Shown: in pieces, positions 48,588-58,181 of the stretch
Numbering within the stretch: the stretch's first letter is position 1
How the letters are laid out: each line of letters begins with the position of its first letter
Source: an uncultured Gemmatimonadota bacterium
GTDB taxonomy: Bacteria; JAAXHH01
Direction of reading: 5' to 3'
NCBI GenBank assembly: GCA_951812955.1
Contig: OX638340.1
Span: forward strand, 1,888,001 to 1,952,000
Length of the DNA stretch: 64,000 bases
Program-made: the position numbers and the translations under genes
The notes under the pieces: model-generated
The model's database searches: none
The model's input: only the letters and a program-made list of their open reading frames with translations
Told to the model about the DNA's origin: nothing

Positions 48588-48653
48588 TTCACAAACAAAA
48601 ACACGTCCAGCGCCACGAACCAACCTGTCCGTGACACTGAACGTGCGTTTCTG
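48588..48653 (+). pseudogene. degenerate duplicate of the 3' end of the OMP gene (46630-47535)
   Basis: ~80% nucleotide identity to 47458-47523 (FTNKNTFSAMNQWSVTVNVRF vs FTNKNTSSATNQPVRDTERAF). No upstream ORF. Confidence 0.5.
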
Positions 48654-48720
48654 CAGGTAATTGACACGGGACGGCGTTACCCAGGACGGTTCAATTCAGC
48701 CCGTACGCCTGCCCAGCCCC

Positions 48721-50091
48721 CTATCCCGTCGAATCCACGAAGACGCTGTGCGCGCTGCGGTCCTTGCCCGCGTCCTGCGTGTGCTGGTACGACCGATGCT
48801 CGGAAGGTTTGCCAAGTGAGGTGAGGTCAAGCATCTTCTCCGCGGTTCTCGTCGCCACATAGGGCCGCCGGATGTCGGTCGGATTGGCCTGGATGTGCTG
48901 CTTCCAGGCGCCCAGGTCCGTCTTCGCCTGGATCAGCCCCTTGATCATGCCCATGTCGTTCAGCATGGCCACGTCGTCCGCGGGTCCGAGGATGACTGCT
49001 CCGGTGATCGTGGAGCCGTTCCAGATCAGCTTGCGGTAGACCGGCCGGTTGGCGTTGATCACCTCGGTTACGTCGCCGTCCCCCGACCAGTCGCCGAAGC
49101 TCGCGCATTGGAGCCCGCACACGTCGAGGATATTGATCAGCAGGCTGCCGCCATATTCCACGTCCTGGCCGGCCATGTTGGCCCCGGCGATCCGGCCGTG
49201 ATCGACCGCGGTCGGCTGGATGGCGTGCACTGCCTGCCCGCCCGTGGACAGGTCCGGTCCCTCGGCCACGTCGCCCGCGGCGTACACGTTCGCCGCGCTG
49301 GACTGGCAACGGTTGTTGACCAGGACGCCCTGGTTGGTCTCGATACCCGAGCCTTCGAGAAAGCCGATGTTGGCCCTGATCCCGGTGGCCACGATGACCA
49401 CATCCGCCCGGGTGGACGACCCGTCGGAAAGCTGCAGGGTCTTGACGCCGTCGTGGCCGTGATCGATTCCCTGCACGCTTACGCCGGTGTGGACTTCAAC
49501 GCCCTGCGACTCGAGCCAGGAGTTCACGAGGGACGCGCCCTGGGCGTCCAGCATGCGGGGCAGCACCTGCCCTTCGAGCTCGATCACCTTCAGGCGGGCG
49601 CCGCGTTTGTGCATCGCGTTCAGAATGATGAAACCGATGAACCCGGCCCCGATGAAAGCCACCTCGGCATCGCTACCGAGGGCGCTCACGGTCTTTTCCG
49701 CGTCCGCTACGGTCCAGAGATTGTGGACCCCGTCGCCGTCCGCGCCGGGAATGTTCAACTGCTGGGCGGATGACCCGGTGGCGATCAACAGGTTGTCGAA
49801 AGGTACCATGGAGCCGTCGCTGAGCGAGACCATGTTCGCGTAGGGATTCACCTCGGTGACACTGACCCCGAAGCGGGTCTTCACTCCCAGCCTGCCGAAA
49901 TAGTCGTCGTCTCCGGTATTTACCTGTTCGACCGGGATATTCCCTGAGATGTAGTAAGGCAGGGCCATGCGGGAATAGGCCGGCTCATCGGAGATCAGGG
50001 TAATGGACGCGTCCGCATCGTAACCGCGTATCGTTTCGATAGCGTTCATCCCGCCCGGTCCGCCGCCTATAATCACGTGTTCTGTAGCCAT
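48721..50091 (-). CDS. FAD-dependent pyridine-nucleotide-disulfide-type oxidoreductase (AorC-like NAD(P)-binding subunit)
   Basis: 456 aa. IIGGGPGG FAD motif and FIGAGFIGF NAD motif. Last gene of the ferredoxin-AOR-AOR operon. Confidence 0.8.
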   Translation of the reverse strand: MATEHVIIGGGPGGMNAIETIRGYDADASITLISDEPAYSRMALPYYISGNIPVEQVNTGDDDYFGRLGVKTRFGVSVTEVNPYANMVSLSDGSMVPFDNLLIATGSSAQQLNIPGADGDGVHNLWTVADAEKTVSALGSDAEVAFIGAGFIGFIILNAMHKRGARLKVIELEGQVLPRMLDAQGASLVNSWLESQGVEVHTGVSVQGIDHGHDGVKTLQLSDGSSTRADVVIVATGIRANIGFLEGSGIETNQGVLVNNRCQSSAANVYAAGDVAEGPDLSTGGQAVHAIQPTAVDHGRIAGANMAGQDVEYGGSLLINILDVCGLQCASFGDWSGDGDVTEVINANRPVYRKLIWNGSTITGAVILGPADDVAMLNDMGMIKGLIQAKTDLGAWKQHIQANPTDIRRPYVATRTAEKMLDLTSLGKPSEHRSYQHTQDAGKDRSAHSVFVDSTG

Positions 50092-50154
50092 AATCCGCTC
50101 CTTCAGAGAAAGTACCGAAAATCGAAGTACAGGTCATCCGTGGTTTGGGTTCCG

Positions 50155-51984
50155 TTACGCGAGTCCCAGTTCCATCAGTTTCTCCGTGGTGGGCCGTCCG
50201 TCCGCCGACCAGCCCCTTGCCGCGTAGTAGTCCGGCAGCATGGCGTCGAGATCGACGGTCACCCCCGCGGAAGGACCATCCTTGTGGGCTTCTTCCATCA
50301 ATCGTTTAGGCAGCGTGTCATCGGCCGCGGTGAGGCCCGCCCTGAGATTCCACAGCCGTTCGATATTCCAGATGCGCTCGCCGATGTGCACGAAGTCTTC
50401 CATGGTATAGTCTACGCCGGTGGCTGCGGACAATACGGGGATCAGGTCTTCCAGCGGCGCGCCCGCCGTGGTGAACATGCAGATGCCCGTGGCGTCGTGG
50501 GCCGTGGTCCGGTTTTGTTCCTCGGCCACCCAGACCGACTTGCCCTCGGTGCCGTGGGGATCGTGCTCGCCGGTGGTCTCGATGCCGGGTGTCCAGGCCC
50601 TCAGGTGACAGGCGCCGCGGTTGCAGGTGGCATAGGCCACGCCCATGCCCTGGAATCCCCGTGGATCGTAAGCGGGGAATTCCTGTCCCTTGACGCCCAT
50701 GAAATACTCCGGATGCTCGAATTTCTCGGTCATCCGCTTTGACCCTTCGGCCAGTTCGTCGCCGAAACCCTCCCGGAATCCCGTGGCTTCCGTCATGGCG
50801 ACCAGAGCCTTGCCGTCACCGAACCGGAACGCCATGCCCGTCTGCCCATCGCTCAGCAGGCCCCGCTCATACATTTCCATGGCCGCGGCCAGCGTGGCGC
50901 CCATGGAAATGGGATCCATGCCGAGATCGTTGCACAGGTAGTTCGCCATGACGATGGCGTCCATGTCATCCACGCCGCAGTCGGCCCCGAGCGACCAGAG
51001 GTTCTCGTATTCGGGTCCTTCCCCGGCGACCTTCCAGTTGCGGGGATGCATGTTGACCATGTACTGGTCGGCATTGGGGGAAACCTGGGTCACACGGCCG
51101 CAGGCGATGTTGCAGGCGAAGCATGCCTTGTTGGCGACCAGCCAGTTATCCTTGATGCTCTCCCCGTTGATCGCCTCGGTGCCCTCGAACTGTCCGGCCG
51201 TGAAATTGCGCGTCGGCAGCCCGCCGAAAGCGTTGACGAGGTCGATCGTTGGCGCTGTGCCTAATTCCGTAAGGCCTTGCCGGCCAGGGCTTTCGGCCAG
51301 GTGTTCGTGATAAGGCCAGATGGCGGACATGTAGTCCCGGGGCCGGGCAATCCGGACCCCCTGGTTGCCGCGTACGGCGATCGCCTTGAGGTTCTTGGAC
51401 CCCATGACGGCGCCGACGCCGGAACGGCCCGCGGCACGGTGCTTGTCGTTGACGATGCACGCGAACCGCACCAGGTTCTCGCCCGCCGGTCCGATGCCGG
51501 CCACCCGTAGTTCGGGCATGCCGGTCTCGTCGCGGATGGCGTCCTCGGTTTCCGAGACCACCTTGCCCCACACATTGGAGGCGTCGCGGATCTCGACGCG
51601 GTCATCATCGACAAGGAGGTAGCACGGACGGTCCGACCGGCCTTCCACGATCACCATGTCGTAGCCGGCGAACTTGAGTTCCGGACCCCAGTGGCCGCCT
51701 GAATTGGACGTCGTGATGGCGCCCGTCAGCGGTCCCTTGGTCACCACCATGTACCTGGATCCGCAGGAGGCGTTGGTGCCCGTCAGCGGCCCGGTGGCCA
51801 TGATCAGCTTGTTGTCCGGTCCGAGGGCGTCGACAGAGGGGTCCATCTCCTCGTAGAGGTACCGCGCGGCCAGCCCGCGGCCGCCGATGTATTCCTCGGC
51901 CCAGTCGAGCCTCAGAGGCTCTTTGGTCGCCTTGCCCCGCGAAAGATCCACCCGCAGGATATGGCCGGCCCACCCGTGTGTCAT
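50155..51984 (-). CDS. aldehyde:ferredoxin oxidoreductase family (tungstopterin) enzyme, copy 1
   Basis: Start taken at MTHGWAGHILRVDLS (ORF extends to 52044). AOR N-terminal domain plus cluster-binding C-terminal domains. Confidence 0.9.
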   Translation of the reverse strand: MTHGWAGHILRVDLSRGKATKEPLRLDWAEEYIGGRGLAARYLYEEMDPSVDALGPDNKLIMATGPLTGTNASCGSRYMVVTKGPLTGAITTSNSGGHWGPELKFAGYDMVIVEGRSDRPCYLLVDDDRVEIRDASNVWGKVVSETEDAIRDETGMPELRVAGIGPAGENLVRFACIVNDKHRAAGRSGVGAVMGSKNLKAIAVRGNQGVRIARPRDYMSAIWPYHEHLAESPGRQGLTELGTAPTIDLVNAFGGLPTRNFTAGQFEGTEAINGESIKDNWLVANKACFACNIACGRVTQVSPNADQYMVNMHPRNWKVAGEGPEYENLWSLGADCGVDDMDAIVMANYLCNDLGMDPISMGATLAAAMEMYERGLLSDGQTGMAFRFGDGKALVAMTEATGFREGFGDELAEGSKRMTEKFEHPEYFMGVKGQEFPAYDPRGFQGMGVAYATCNRGACHLRAWTPGIETTGEHDPHGTEGKSVWVAEEQNRTTAHDATGICMFTTAGAPLEDLIPVLSAATGVDYTMEDFVHIGERIWNIERLWNLRAGLTAADDTLPKRLMEEAHKDGPSAGVTVDLDAMLPDYYAARGWSADGRPTTEKLMELGLA

Positions 51985-52070
51985 GAAGAAGGCTCCGTTC
52001 CTCGGCGCTAGCCGGGTGATGCAGGGCCGCGCCCTGTGGATCACCCTTCCGGCTCATGCCGGATGAAGCG

Positions 52071-53918
52071 CTAGGTCAATCCCAGCGACGACAGCTTCTC
52101 CTGGGTGGGTTCGCCTTCCGCGTTCCAACCGCGGAGTTCGTAGTATTCCGGCAGCATCTCGCCGAGCCGGTTTACTTCGCCCTTGGTCGGGCCATCGGGG
52201 ATCGGGTCTTCGAGCAGCCGCTTAGGCAGCGTGTCGTCCTTGCCCGAAAAGCCCGCCCGCTGGTTCCACATGCGTTCGATATTCCAGACGCGTTCTCCGA
52301 CTTCCATCAGTTCGGGTACGGAGTAGGAAATCCCGGTCACCGCCTCGAGCTGGGGCTGTATTTCGTCCAGGCCCACGCCGAAGGTCAGGAACAGGCAGAG
52401 TCCAGACGCGTCCACGGTGCAGGTGGCGTCCTGGAAGATCTTCGTGATCTCTGCTTTACCTTCCGTCACGGCCGGATCCATCTTCTCCGGAATCCCCAGG
52501 ATCTCGGGGGCGACCGTGTAGCTTTTCAAATGGCAGGCGCCTCGGTTCGAGGTCGCGTAACCCAGCCCCATACCCTGGATCGCGCGGGCGTCATAGGCTG
52601 GGAATTCCTGGCCGCGCACGCCCATGAAGTACTCCGGATGATTGAACTTGGCGGTCATGCGCTTCGATCCTTCAGCCAGTTCGTCGCCGAAGCCTTCGCG
52701 ATAGGCCGCCTTCTCCACCATGGCGACCAGCGCTTCGCTGTTACCGAAGTTGAGCGCCATGCCGGTTTGCTCGTCGGTGACTGCGCCGTTTTCGTATAAC
52801 TCCATGGCCGCGGCCAGGGTGGCTCCGAAGGAGATCGGATCCATGCCGAGTACGTTGCAAAGGGCATTGGCCTTGATGAGCGCATCCAGATCGTCGATGC
52901 CGCAATCGGCACCCATGGCCCAGGCGTTCTCGTACTCCGGTCCCTCGACCGCGATCTTCCAGTTGTGCGGCCGCGTGGTCACGGTGAACTTGTCCTGCGC
53001 CTCGCCCGGAAGCTGCGACACCCTCCCGCAGGCTATCGTACAGCCAAAACACGCCTTGTTGGCCACCAGTCGCGTATCGGCAAGGGTCTCCCCGCTGATG
53101 TTGTCCGCGCCTTCGAGCTGGGATACCTGGTGGTTGTTTGTCGGCAGTGCGCCGCTCTCATTGATGATATTGACCAGCACCGCGGTGCCGTATGCGGCCA
53201 GACCCTCACCCGTTACCGGATGCTCGACCAGCTTGCTCTTCATCTCCCACATGGCCGACATGAACTTCTGCGGGTCGGCGATGGGTACGCCCCCGGTACC
53301 GCGTACGGCAATGGCTTTGAGGTTCTTGGAACCCATGACCGCGCCGACGCCGGATCGTCCGGCGGCCCGGTGCCGGTCATTGATGATGGCGGCGAAACGC
53401 ACGAGGTTTTCGCCAGCTGGACCAATACAGGTAACGACCGTGTCGTGCTGTCCCGACTCTTCCCGGACGATGTCGTCCGTCTCCCATACCGTCTTGCCCC
53501 ACAGGTGTTCTGCAGAGCAGATGCGGACGTCGTCATCACAAATGGATATGTAGGACGGAACCGGCGCCCGGCCTTCCACGATCAGCATGTCGTAGCCGGC
53601 AAACTTCAGTTCCGGCCCCCAGTGGCCGCCGGAGTTGGACGTGGTAATGGCGTTCGTCAACGCCCCCTTGGTGATCACCATGTAACGGGAACTCGTCGAT
53701 GCGTTCGTGCCGGTCATGGGACCGGTCGCGAAGATCATCTTGTTGTCCGGGCCCAGCGCTTCCGCCGCCGGGTCCATCTCTTCATAGAGGTACTTGGCCC
53801 CGAGACCGCGCCCGCCAACAAAAGACGTGGCCCAATCCATGTTGAGGGGCTCTTTGGAGATCCGACCGGTGGTCAGATCGACGCGCAGAATCGTGCCTGT
53901 CCATCCGCCGTTGCTCAT
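52071..53918 (-). CDS. aldehyde:ferredoxin oxidoreductase family enzyme, copy 2
   Basis: Start MSNGGWTGTILRVDL overlaps the ferredoxin stop as ATGA. Paralogous to copy 1. Confidence 0.9.
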   Translation of the reverse strand: MSNGGWTGTILRVDLTTGRISKEPLNMDWATSFVGGRGLGAKYLYEEMDPAAEALGPDNKMIFATGPMTGTNASTSSRYMVITKGALTNAITTSNSGGHWGPELKFAGYDMLIVEGRAPVPSYISICDDDVRICSAEHLWGKTVWETDDIVREESGQHDTVVTCIGPAGENLVRFAAIINDRHRAAGRSGVGAVMGSKNLKAIAVRGTGGVPIADPQKFMSAMWEMKSKLVEHPVTGEGLAAYGTAVLVNIINESGALPTNNHQVSQLEGADNISGETLADTRLVANKACFGCTIACGRVSQLPGEAQDKFTVTTRPHNWKIAVEGPEYENAWAMGADCGIDDLDALIKANALCNVLGMDPISFGATLAAAMELYENGAVTDEQTGMALNFGNSEALVAMVEKAAYREGFGDELAEGSKRMTAKFNHPEYFMGVRGQEFPAYDARAIQGMGLGYATSNRGACHLKSYTVAPEILGIPEKMDPAVTEGKAEITKIFQDATCTVDASGLCLFLTFGVGLDEIQPQLEAVTGISYSVPELMEVGERVWNIERMWNQRAGFSGKDDTLPKRLLEDPIPDGPTKGEVNRLGEMLPEYYELRGWNAEGEPTQEKLSSLGLT

Positions 53919-54406
53919 GCCGCGTTCCCTCCCTCGATGGACTGCAGATAGGAAGCATTGACCTTTTCGGCCCAGCCACCCAGCCAGTCGGCCGATTCGC
54001 TCTCGGTGTATTCGATCGCGCCGGTGGGACAGGCGACCGCGCAGGCGGGATTGCCGTCGCACAGATCGCACTTGAAGGCCTTCTGCGTATCCGGATTGTA
54101 GAACACCGTGCCGAAGGGACAGGCAATGGTGCACAACCCGCATCCGACGCAGTTTGCATCGGCCACGACCTTGGCGCCGGTATCCGCGTCGACACTGATG
54201 GCGTTAACGGGGCAGGCCGTCATGCACCAGGCTTCGTCGCACTGAAAACAGGTGTACGGCGCGTAACTGGCCTGCTCATCGAAAATGTTCACGCGAATCA
54301 GCGACCGGGATGGTTGAAACATGCCGGTCTGCACCCAGGAACATGCCAGTTCGCACTGCATGCACCCGGTGCATTTTTCGGGTATAATGCGTAGAGATTT
54401 AGCCAT
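53915..54406 (-). CDS. 4x[4Fe-4S] polyferredoxin (AorA-like electron-transfer subunit)
   Basis: 163 aa with four CxxCxxCxxxCP motifs. Confidence 0.9.
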   Translation of the reverse strand: MAKSLRIIPEKCTGCMQCELACSWVQTGMFQPSRSLIRVNIFDEQASYAPYTCFQCDEAWCMTACPVNAISVDADTGAKVVADANCVGCGLCTIACPFGTVFYNPDTQKAFKCDLCDGNPACAVACPTGAIEYTESESADWLGGWAEKVNASYLQSIEGGNAA

Positions 54407-54665
54407 ACCGACTCCCTTCTGTAACGATGAGCTGGGTTTGGAGGCGTTTCTTTCTGCAGTCCAAAAAACGATAACGAGAGCCTCTTAGACGGGCCTCAAT
54501 TACGGGGTCTTAAGCCCGTCATCACGAGACGACTGCGATGTGATTCTTAAGGTGGTATCCTTAGAGACTACAGGGGTTACCAATCAGTATAATGACCCTG
54601 AAAAGGATTGGCAACAGCAAAACTTGCGACCGTTCGATTTATCCGCGGAGTCCGGCCGGAATCGA

Positions 54666-54986
54666 TCAGGCTCCGGGCAGCCTGTACGGCACGCTCTTGT
54701 TTACCGCGTCGTCGATCGTTTCCGGCGATAAAAGGACCGTGGTGGAGACTTCGAGCGCGCCTGCCGCGGCCACGTTCAGGGCAATCGCGGTCGCGGTCGC
54801 TTCGTCGGGAACCTCGGCGATGAGAATAAGATCGTCGTCGCCCAGGGCGTAGTAGAATCCTTCCAGCGCACCGCCCATCCCCTCGATCGTCTGCGAAAGC
54901 GCCGCACGCCGCCCGGTTCCGCCTTCCTTAAGAAGTCCCTGCAGGCCGGTTTGCGTGTACTTGGTACGGAACATGTACTTCGCCAT
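54666..54986 (-). CDS. GYD-domain protein
   Basis: 106 aa. GGALEGFYYALGDDDLILIAEVPDEATATA matches the GYD family core. Confidence 0.75.
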   Translation of the reverse strand: MAKYMFRTKYTQTGLQGLLKEGGTGRRAALSQTIEGMGGALEGFYYALGDDDLILIAEVPDEATATAIALNVAAAGALEVSTTVLLSPETIDDAVNKSVPYRLPGA

Positions 54987-55301
54987 GGCACCTACCTCCC
55001 ACGGTAGCAGTTATTTGAATCGTGTTGCGCATCCGCCGGACGCGGATAACGGTTTAATTCACAATTGCATGTGCATTTAACAAGGCATGGTCGCGCGCCA
55101 CCTGTCAAGCGGATTTTTGGTCCTGCAGGCAGGCCGAAAACCCTGGATTGCACGGGTTCTGATACGTGGTCGTATTCTGAAGCACTTCCCTTGCGGCAAC
55201 GATGCGTCCCAACCTATATTAAATATACCGGAAACAGTTGATTCCTTGCAAACCCCGGGCAAACAAACAGAATAGACAACTCCCAGACCAGGCCGGCTAC
55301 T

Positions 55302-56123
55302 ATGTCCGCCAAGGATCCCGCCCAGACTTACCGCATGCACGACGCCAATCGCCTTCACTGGGACAAGTCCGCCGGTTACTGGGCTGATATGCGCGAGCGG
55401 GACGGAATGTGGCGCCGCTGTCCGCTGGAACCCGAATTGGGATTCGCGGGCGGCGCCTTCGAGTTGATCGGATCCTTCGCCGGCGACCTGGAAGGAAAGG
55501 AAGTATGCGTCGTCGGCAGCGGGGACAATCATGCCGTCTTCGCCCTGGCGGGCATGAAGGCCCAGGTCACTTCCATCGACATATCGGAAAGGCAACTGGA
55601 AACAGCTTCCGAACGCGCGAAGCACCTGGGCCTGGCGATCGACTTCGTCCAGGCAGACGTGATGGACCTTAAGCCGCTTTGTGACAGGAAGTTCGACCTG
55701 GTCTGCTCGACCAACGGTTTCTTCGTCTGGATCGCGGATCTTCGTGCGGTATTCGAGGAGATCTTTCGCATCCTGAAACCGGGCGGACACTACGTTTTCT
55801 ACGATGTACATCCCTTCCAGAGACCCTGGAAAGACGGGAATCGGACGGTCGAAGTGGACAAACCTTACTGGCAAACCGGACCGTTACTAGACGAAAAAGA
55901 GGGCACCTTCGAATTCAACTGGACGCTCGGCGACCTGCTGAATCCGTTGGCGGATTCGGGATTCGTCCTGGGGCGTATCCTGGAACATCCCGCCGGGAAT
56001 TCGAGCTTCTGGGAAGGATCTTCCTACTTGCCCGGGGAGAAAGACAGCTTGCTCGACTGGAAGGAGAATCCCAGGGCCGCCCTGCCGGTCTGGCTTTCGG
56101 CGGCTCTGCAGCGACCGGGATAG
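55302..56123 (+). CDS. class I SAM-dependent methyltransferase
   Basis: 273 aa. VCVVGSGDNHAVFALAG motif I. Acidic post-I residue. Confidence 0.7.
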   Translation: MSAKDPAQTYRMHDANRLHWDKSAGYWADMRERDGMWRRCPLEPELGFAGGAFELIGSFAGDLEGKEVCVVGSGDNHAVFALAGMKAQVTSIDISERQLETASERAKHLGLAIDFVQADVMDLKPLCDRKFDLVCSTNGFFVWIADLRAVFEEIFRILKPGGHYVFYDVHPFQRPWKDGNRTVEVDKPYWQTGPLLDEKEGTFEFNWTLGDLLNPLADSGFVLGRILEHPAGNSSFWEGSSYLPGEKDSLLDWKENPRAALPVWLSAALQRPG

Positions 56124-56197
56124 CTCCTGGAGGTCCGACCATACAGCATGGCTATTTTAGTTCAGCAATCCTTTGAATCACTATCCCCGGATGGGCC

Positions 56198-56797
56198 ATG
56201 GGCATGAACGGCGTCGCATACTACCGCGGCCTGCCCATTGGCCGCCGGATCCACGTCACCGGAAACAGTTGTTCCGGGAAATCCACCCTGGCGAACCAGT
56301 TGGCGGCCGCGCTCGAGGTCCCCCGGGTAGAGTTGGACGCCCTCAACTGGCAGCCCGGATGGGTCAGCCTGGCTGATACGGAACCGGAGGAACTGGAATG
56401 TCGTATGACGGTAGCCACGCATGGTGAAGCCTGGGTGGTCTCCGGCTCCTACATGGGGTTTTCCCGGAAAGTCTTCTGGCCGCGCGTGGAGACGGTCGTC
56501 TGGCTGGACCTGCCGAGATACCGGCTTATCTGGCGCGTGCTGATTCGGAGTTGGAAACGCTGGCGGTCGAAGGAGTTGCTATGGGGAACGAATTACGAAC
56601 GATTCTGGCCCAACCTCAAGGTATGGAACCGGGAAGACTCGCTGATCTGGTGGATCATTACGCAGCAGCGCAGAAAGCAGCAGCGCATGCATGCCCTGAT
56701 GGGCGATCCGGCCTGGAACCATATCACGTTCATCCGGCTCGGGTCCGCGGCCGAGATCGACGCGTTCGGGAGGGAAGTAGGGCTTTCAAATGACTGA
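56198..56797 (+). CDS. P-loop NTPase (adenylate-kinase/topology-modulation-like kinase fold)
   Basis: 199 aa. Walker A GNSCSGKST. Small NMP-kinase-like size. Confidence 0.55.
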   Translation: MGMNGVAYYRGLPIGRRIHVTGNSCSGKSTLANQLAAALEVPRVELDALNWQPGWVSLADTEPEELECRMTVATHGEAWVVSGSYMGFSRKVFWPRVETVVWLDLPRYRLIWRVLIRSWKRWRSKELLWGTNYERFWPNLKVWNREDSLIWWIITQQRRKQQRMHALMGDPAWNHITFIRLGSAAEIDAFGREVGLSND

Positions 56798-56996
56798 ATG
56801 GGACCCTTCGATCCTTTTCAAACGCCGATTAGATAGTACGGCTCTATCAGCGTACATATCCATCTGCTCCGCGCCTTACCTTTCAAACACATACGCTTGC
56901 CTAATCAGATTCAGATACGAGTAGAACAGAAGACGTATCAGGCTAATTCAAAATTAAACTTTGATTTGGCCTAATTTGATGTTTAACTTGCAGATT

Positions 56997-58181
56997 ATGA
57001 TTAAACGAGACCTTGCCGAGGAGTTGAAAAAGGCGGCACGGCGGTTCCCTTCAATCACGCTTACCGGACCACGGCAAAGTGGGAAGACCACACTGTGTCG
57101 AGCGCTATTTCCCCGTCTGCCCTACGCGACCCTTGAAGCGACGGACGTACGCTCTTTTGCAAGGGATGATCCCCGGGGGTTCCTGGCTCAGTTCGCCGGA
57201 GGCGCGATCATCGACGAGGTACAGCGCGTCCCCGACTTGCTGTCCTATTTGCAGGGCGTTATCGACGAAGAACCGGCGCCCGGCCGTTGGATTCTGACGG
57301 GTTCGCAGAACCTGTCTTTGCTCGAATCGGTCAGCCAATCGCTGGCCGGAAGGACCGCCATATACCATCTGCTTCCCTTGAGCCGATGTGAGATCCTGCG
57401 CTTTGACCGATATCCAGTCAGTCTCGAAGAGACGCTGTTCGCCGGGACGTACCCACGGGTTTTCGATCGCGGACTTGAACCGGCTGACTGGTTCAGGTCC
57501 TATGTCGCCACGTACGTCGAGCGTGACGTGCGCTCCACTAACAACGTAGGGGACCTGACGACGTTCCAACGATTCGTAGAGCTCTGCGCCGGGAGAACGG
57601 CGCAACTTGTCAACTATTCGTCACTGGCCAACGACTGCGGCATATCACAACCGACAGCCAAGGCGTGGCTCAGCATACTCGAGACCAGTTTTCTCGTTTT
57701 CCGCCTGCCGGCATTTCACTCGAATCTGCGAAAGCGACTTGTGAAGATGCCCAAACTGCACTTCTACGATACGGGTCTCGTCTGCTGGCTGCTGGGAATA
57801 CGCACGCCCGATCAACTGCGAAGCCATCCGTTGCGGGGTTCCGTCTTCGAAACCTGGGTTGTCTCGGAAATCACGAAACACAGACTCAACCGCGGCGAAT
57901 CGCCGAGGCTAAGTTTCTATCGCGATCGCAATGGCGTCGAAGTCGATCTCATCATCGAACAACCTTCTCATCGAACACTGGTCGAGGCAAAGTCGGGCGA
58001 AACGGTATCCGCGAATCTGTTCGCCGGAGCGCAGAGGGTCCAGAAACATATCACCCGGCCAACCCGCCCGGATTCCATAGCCGTGGTCTACGGCGGCGAC
58101 CAGTTCCAACATCGAACGCCGGGGTCTCTGGTACCCTGGAGTGGGCTTCACGAAGCGGATTTCTGGAAAACGGGGTCCTGA
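56997..58181 (+). CDS. AAA+ ATPase with C-terminal DUF4143 (PD-(D/E)xK-like) domain
   Basis: Walker A GPRQSGKTTL, Walker B IIDEVQ. C-terminal GVEVDLIIE...VEAK matches the D...ExK nuclease motif. ORF begins at TTG 56961; first ATG is 56997. Confidence 0.8.
   Translation: MIKRDLAEELKKAARRFPSITLTGPRQSGKTTLCRALFPRLPYATLEATDVRSFARDDPRGFLAQFAGGAIIDEVQRVPDLLSYLQGVIDEEPAPGRWILTGSQNLSLLESVSQSLAGRTAIYHLLPLSRCEILRFDRYPVSLEETLFAGTYPRVFDRGLEPADWFRSYVATYVERDVRSTNNVGDLTTFQRFVELCAGRTAQLVNYSSLANDCGISQPTAKAWLSILETSFLVFRLPAFHSNLRKRLVKMPKLHFYDTGLVCWLLGIRTPDQLRSHPLRGSVFETWVVSEITKHRLNRGESPRLSFYRDRNGVEVDLIIEQPSHRTLVEAKSGETVSANLFAGAQRVQKHITRPTRPDSIAVVYGGDQFQHRTPGSLVPWSGLHEADFWKTGS

Noticed and set aside
50077-50742. 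221-aa plus-strand ORF spanning the FAD-oxidoreductase/AOR junction
   Set aside because: Antisense to two strongly supported genes, no motifs, and composition typical of a spurious high-GC ORF.
54486-54522. Hairpin GACGGGC-N19-GCCCGTC upstream of the ferredoxin gene as a terminator or riboswitch element
   Set aside because: Short stem with a long loop and no adjacent T-run. Position fits neither the GYD gene end nor a known leader motif, so it was left unannotated.
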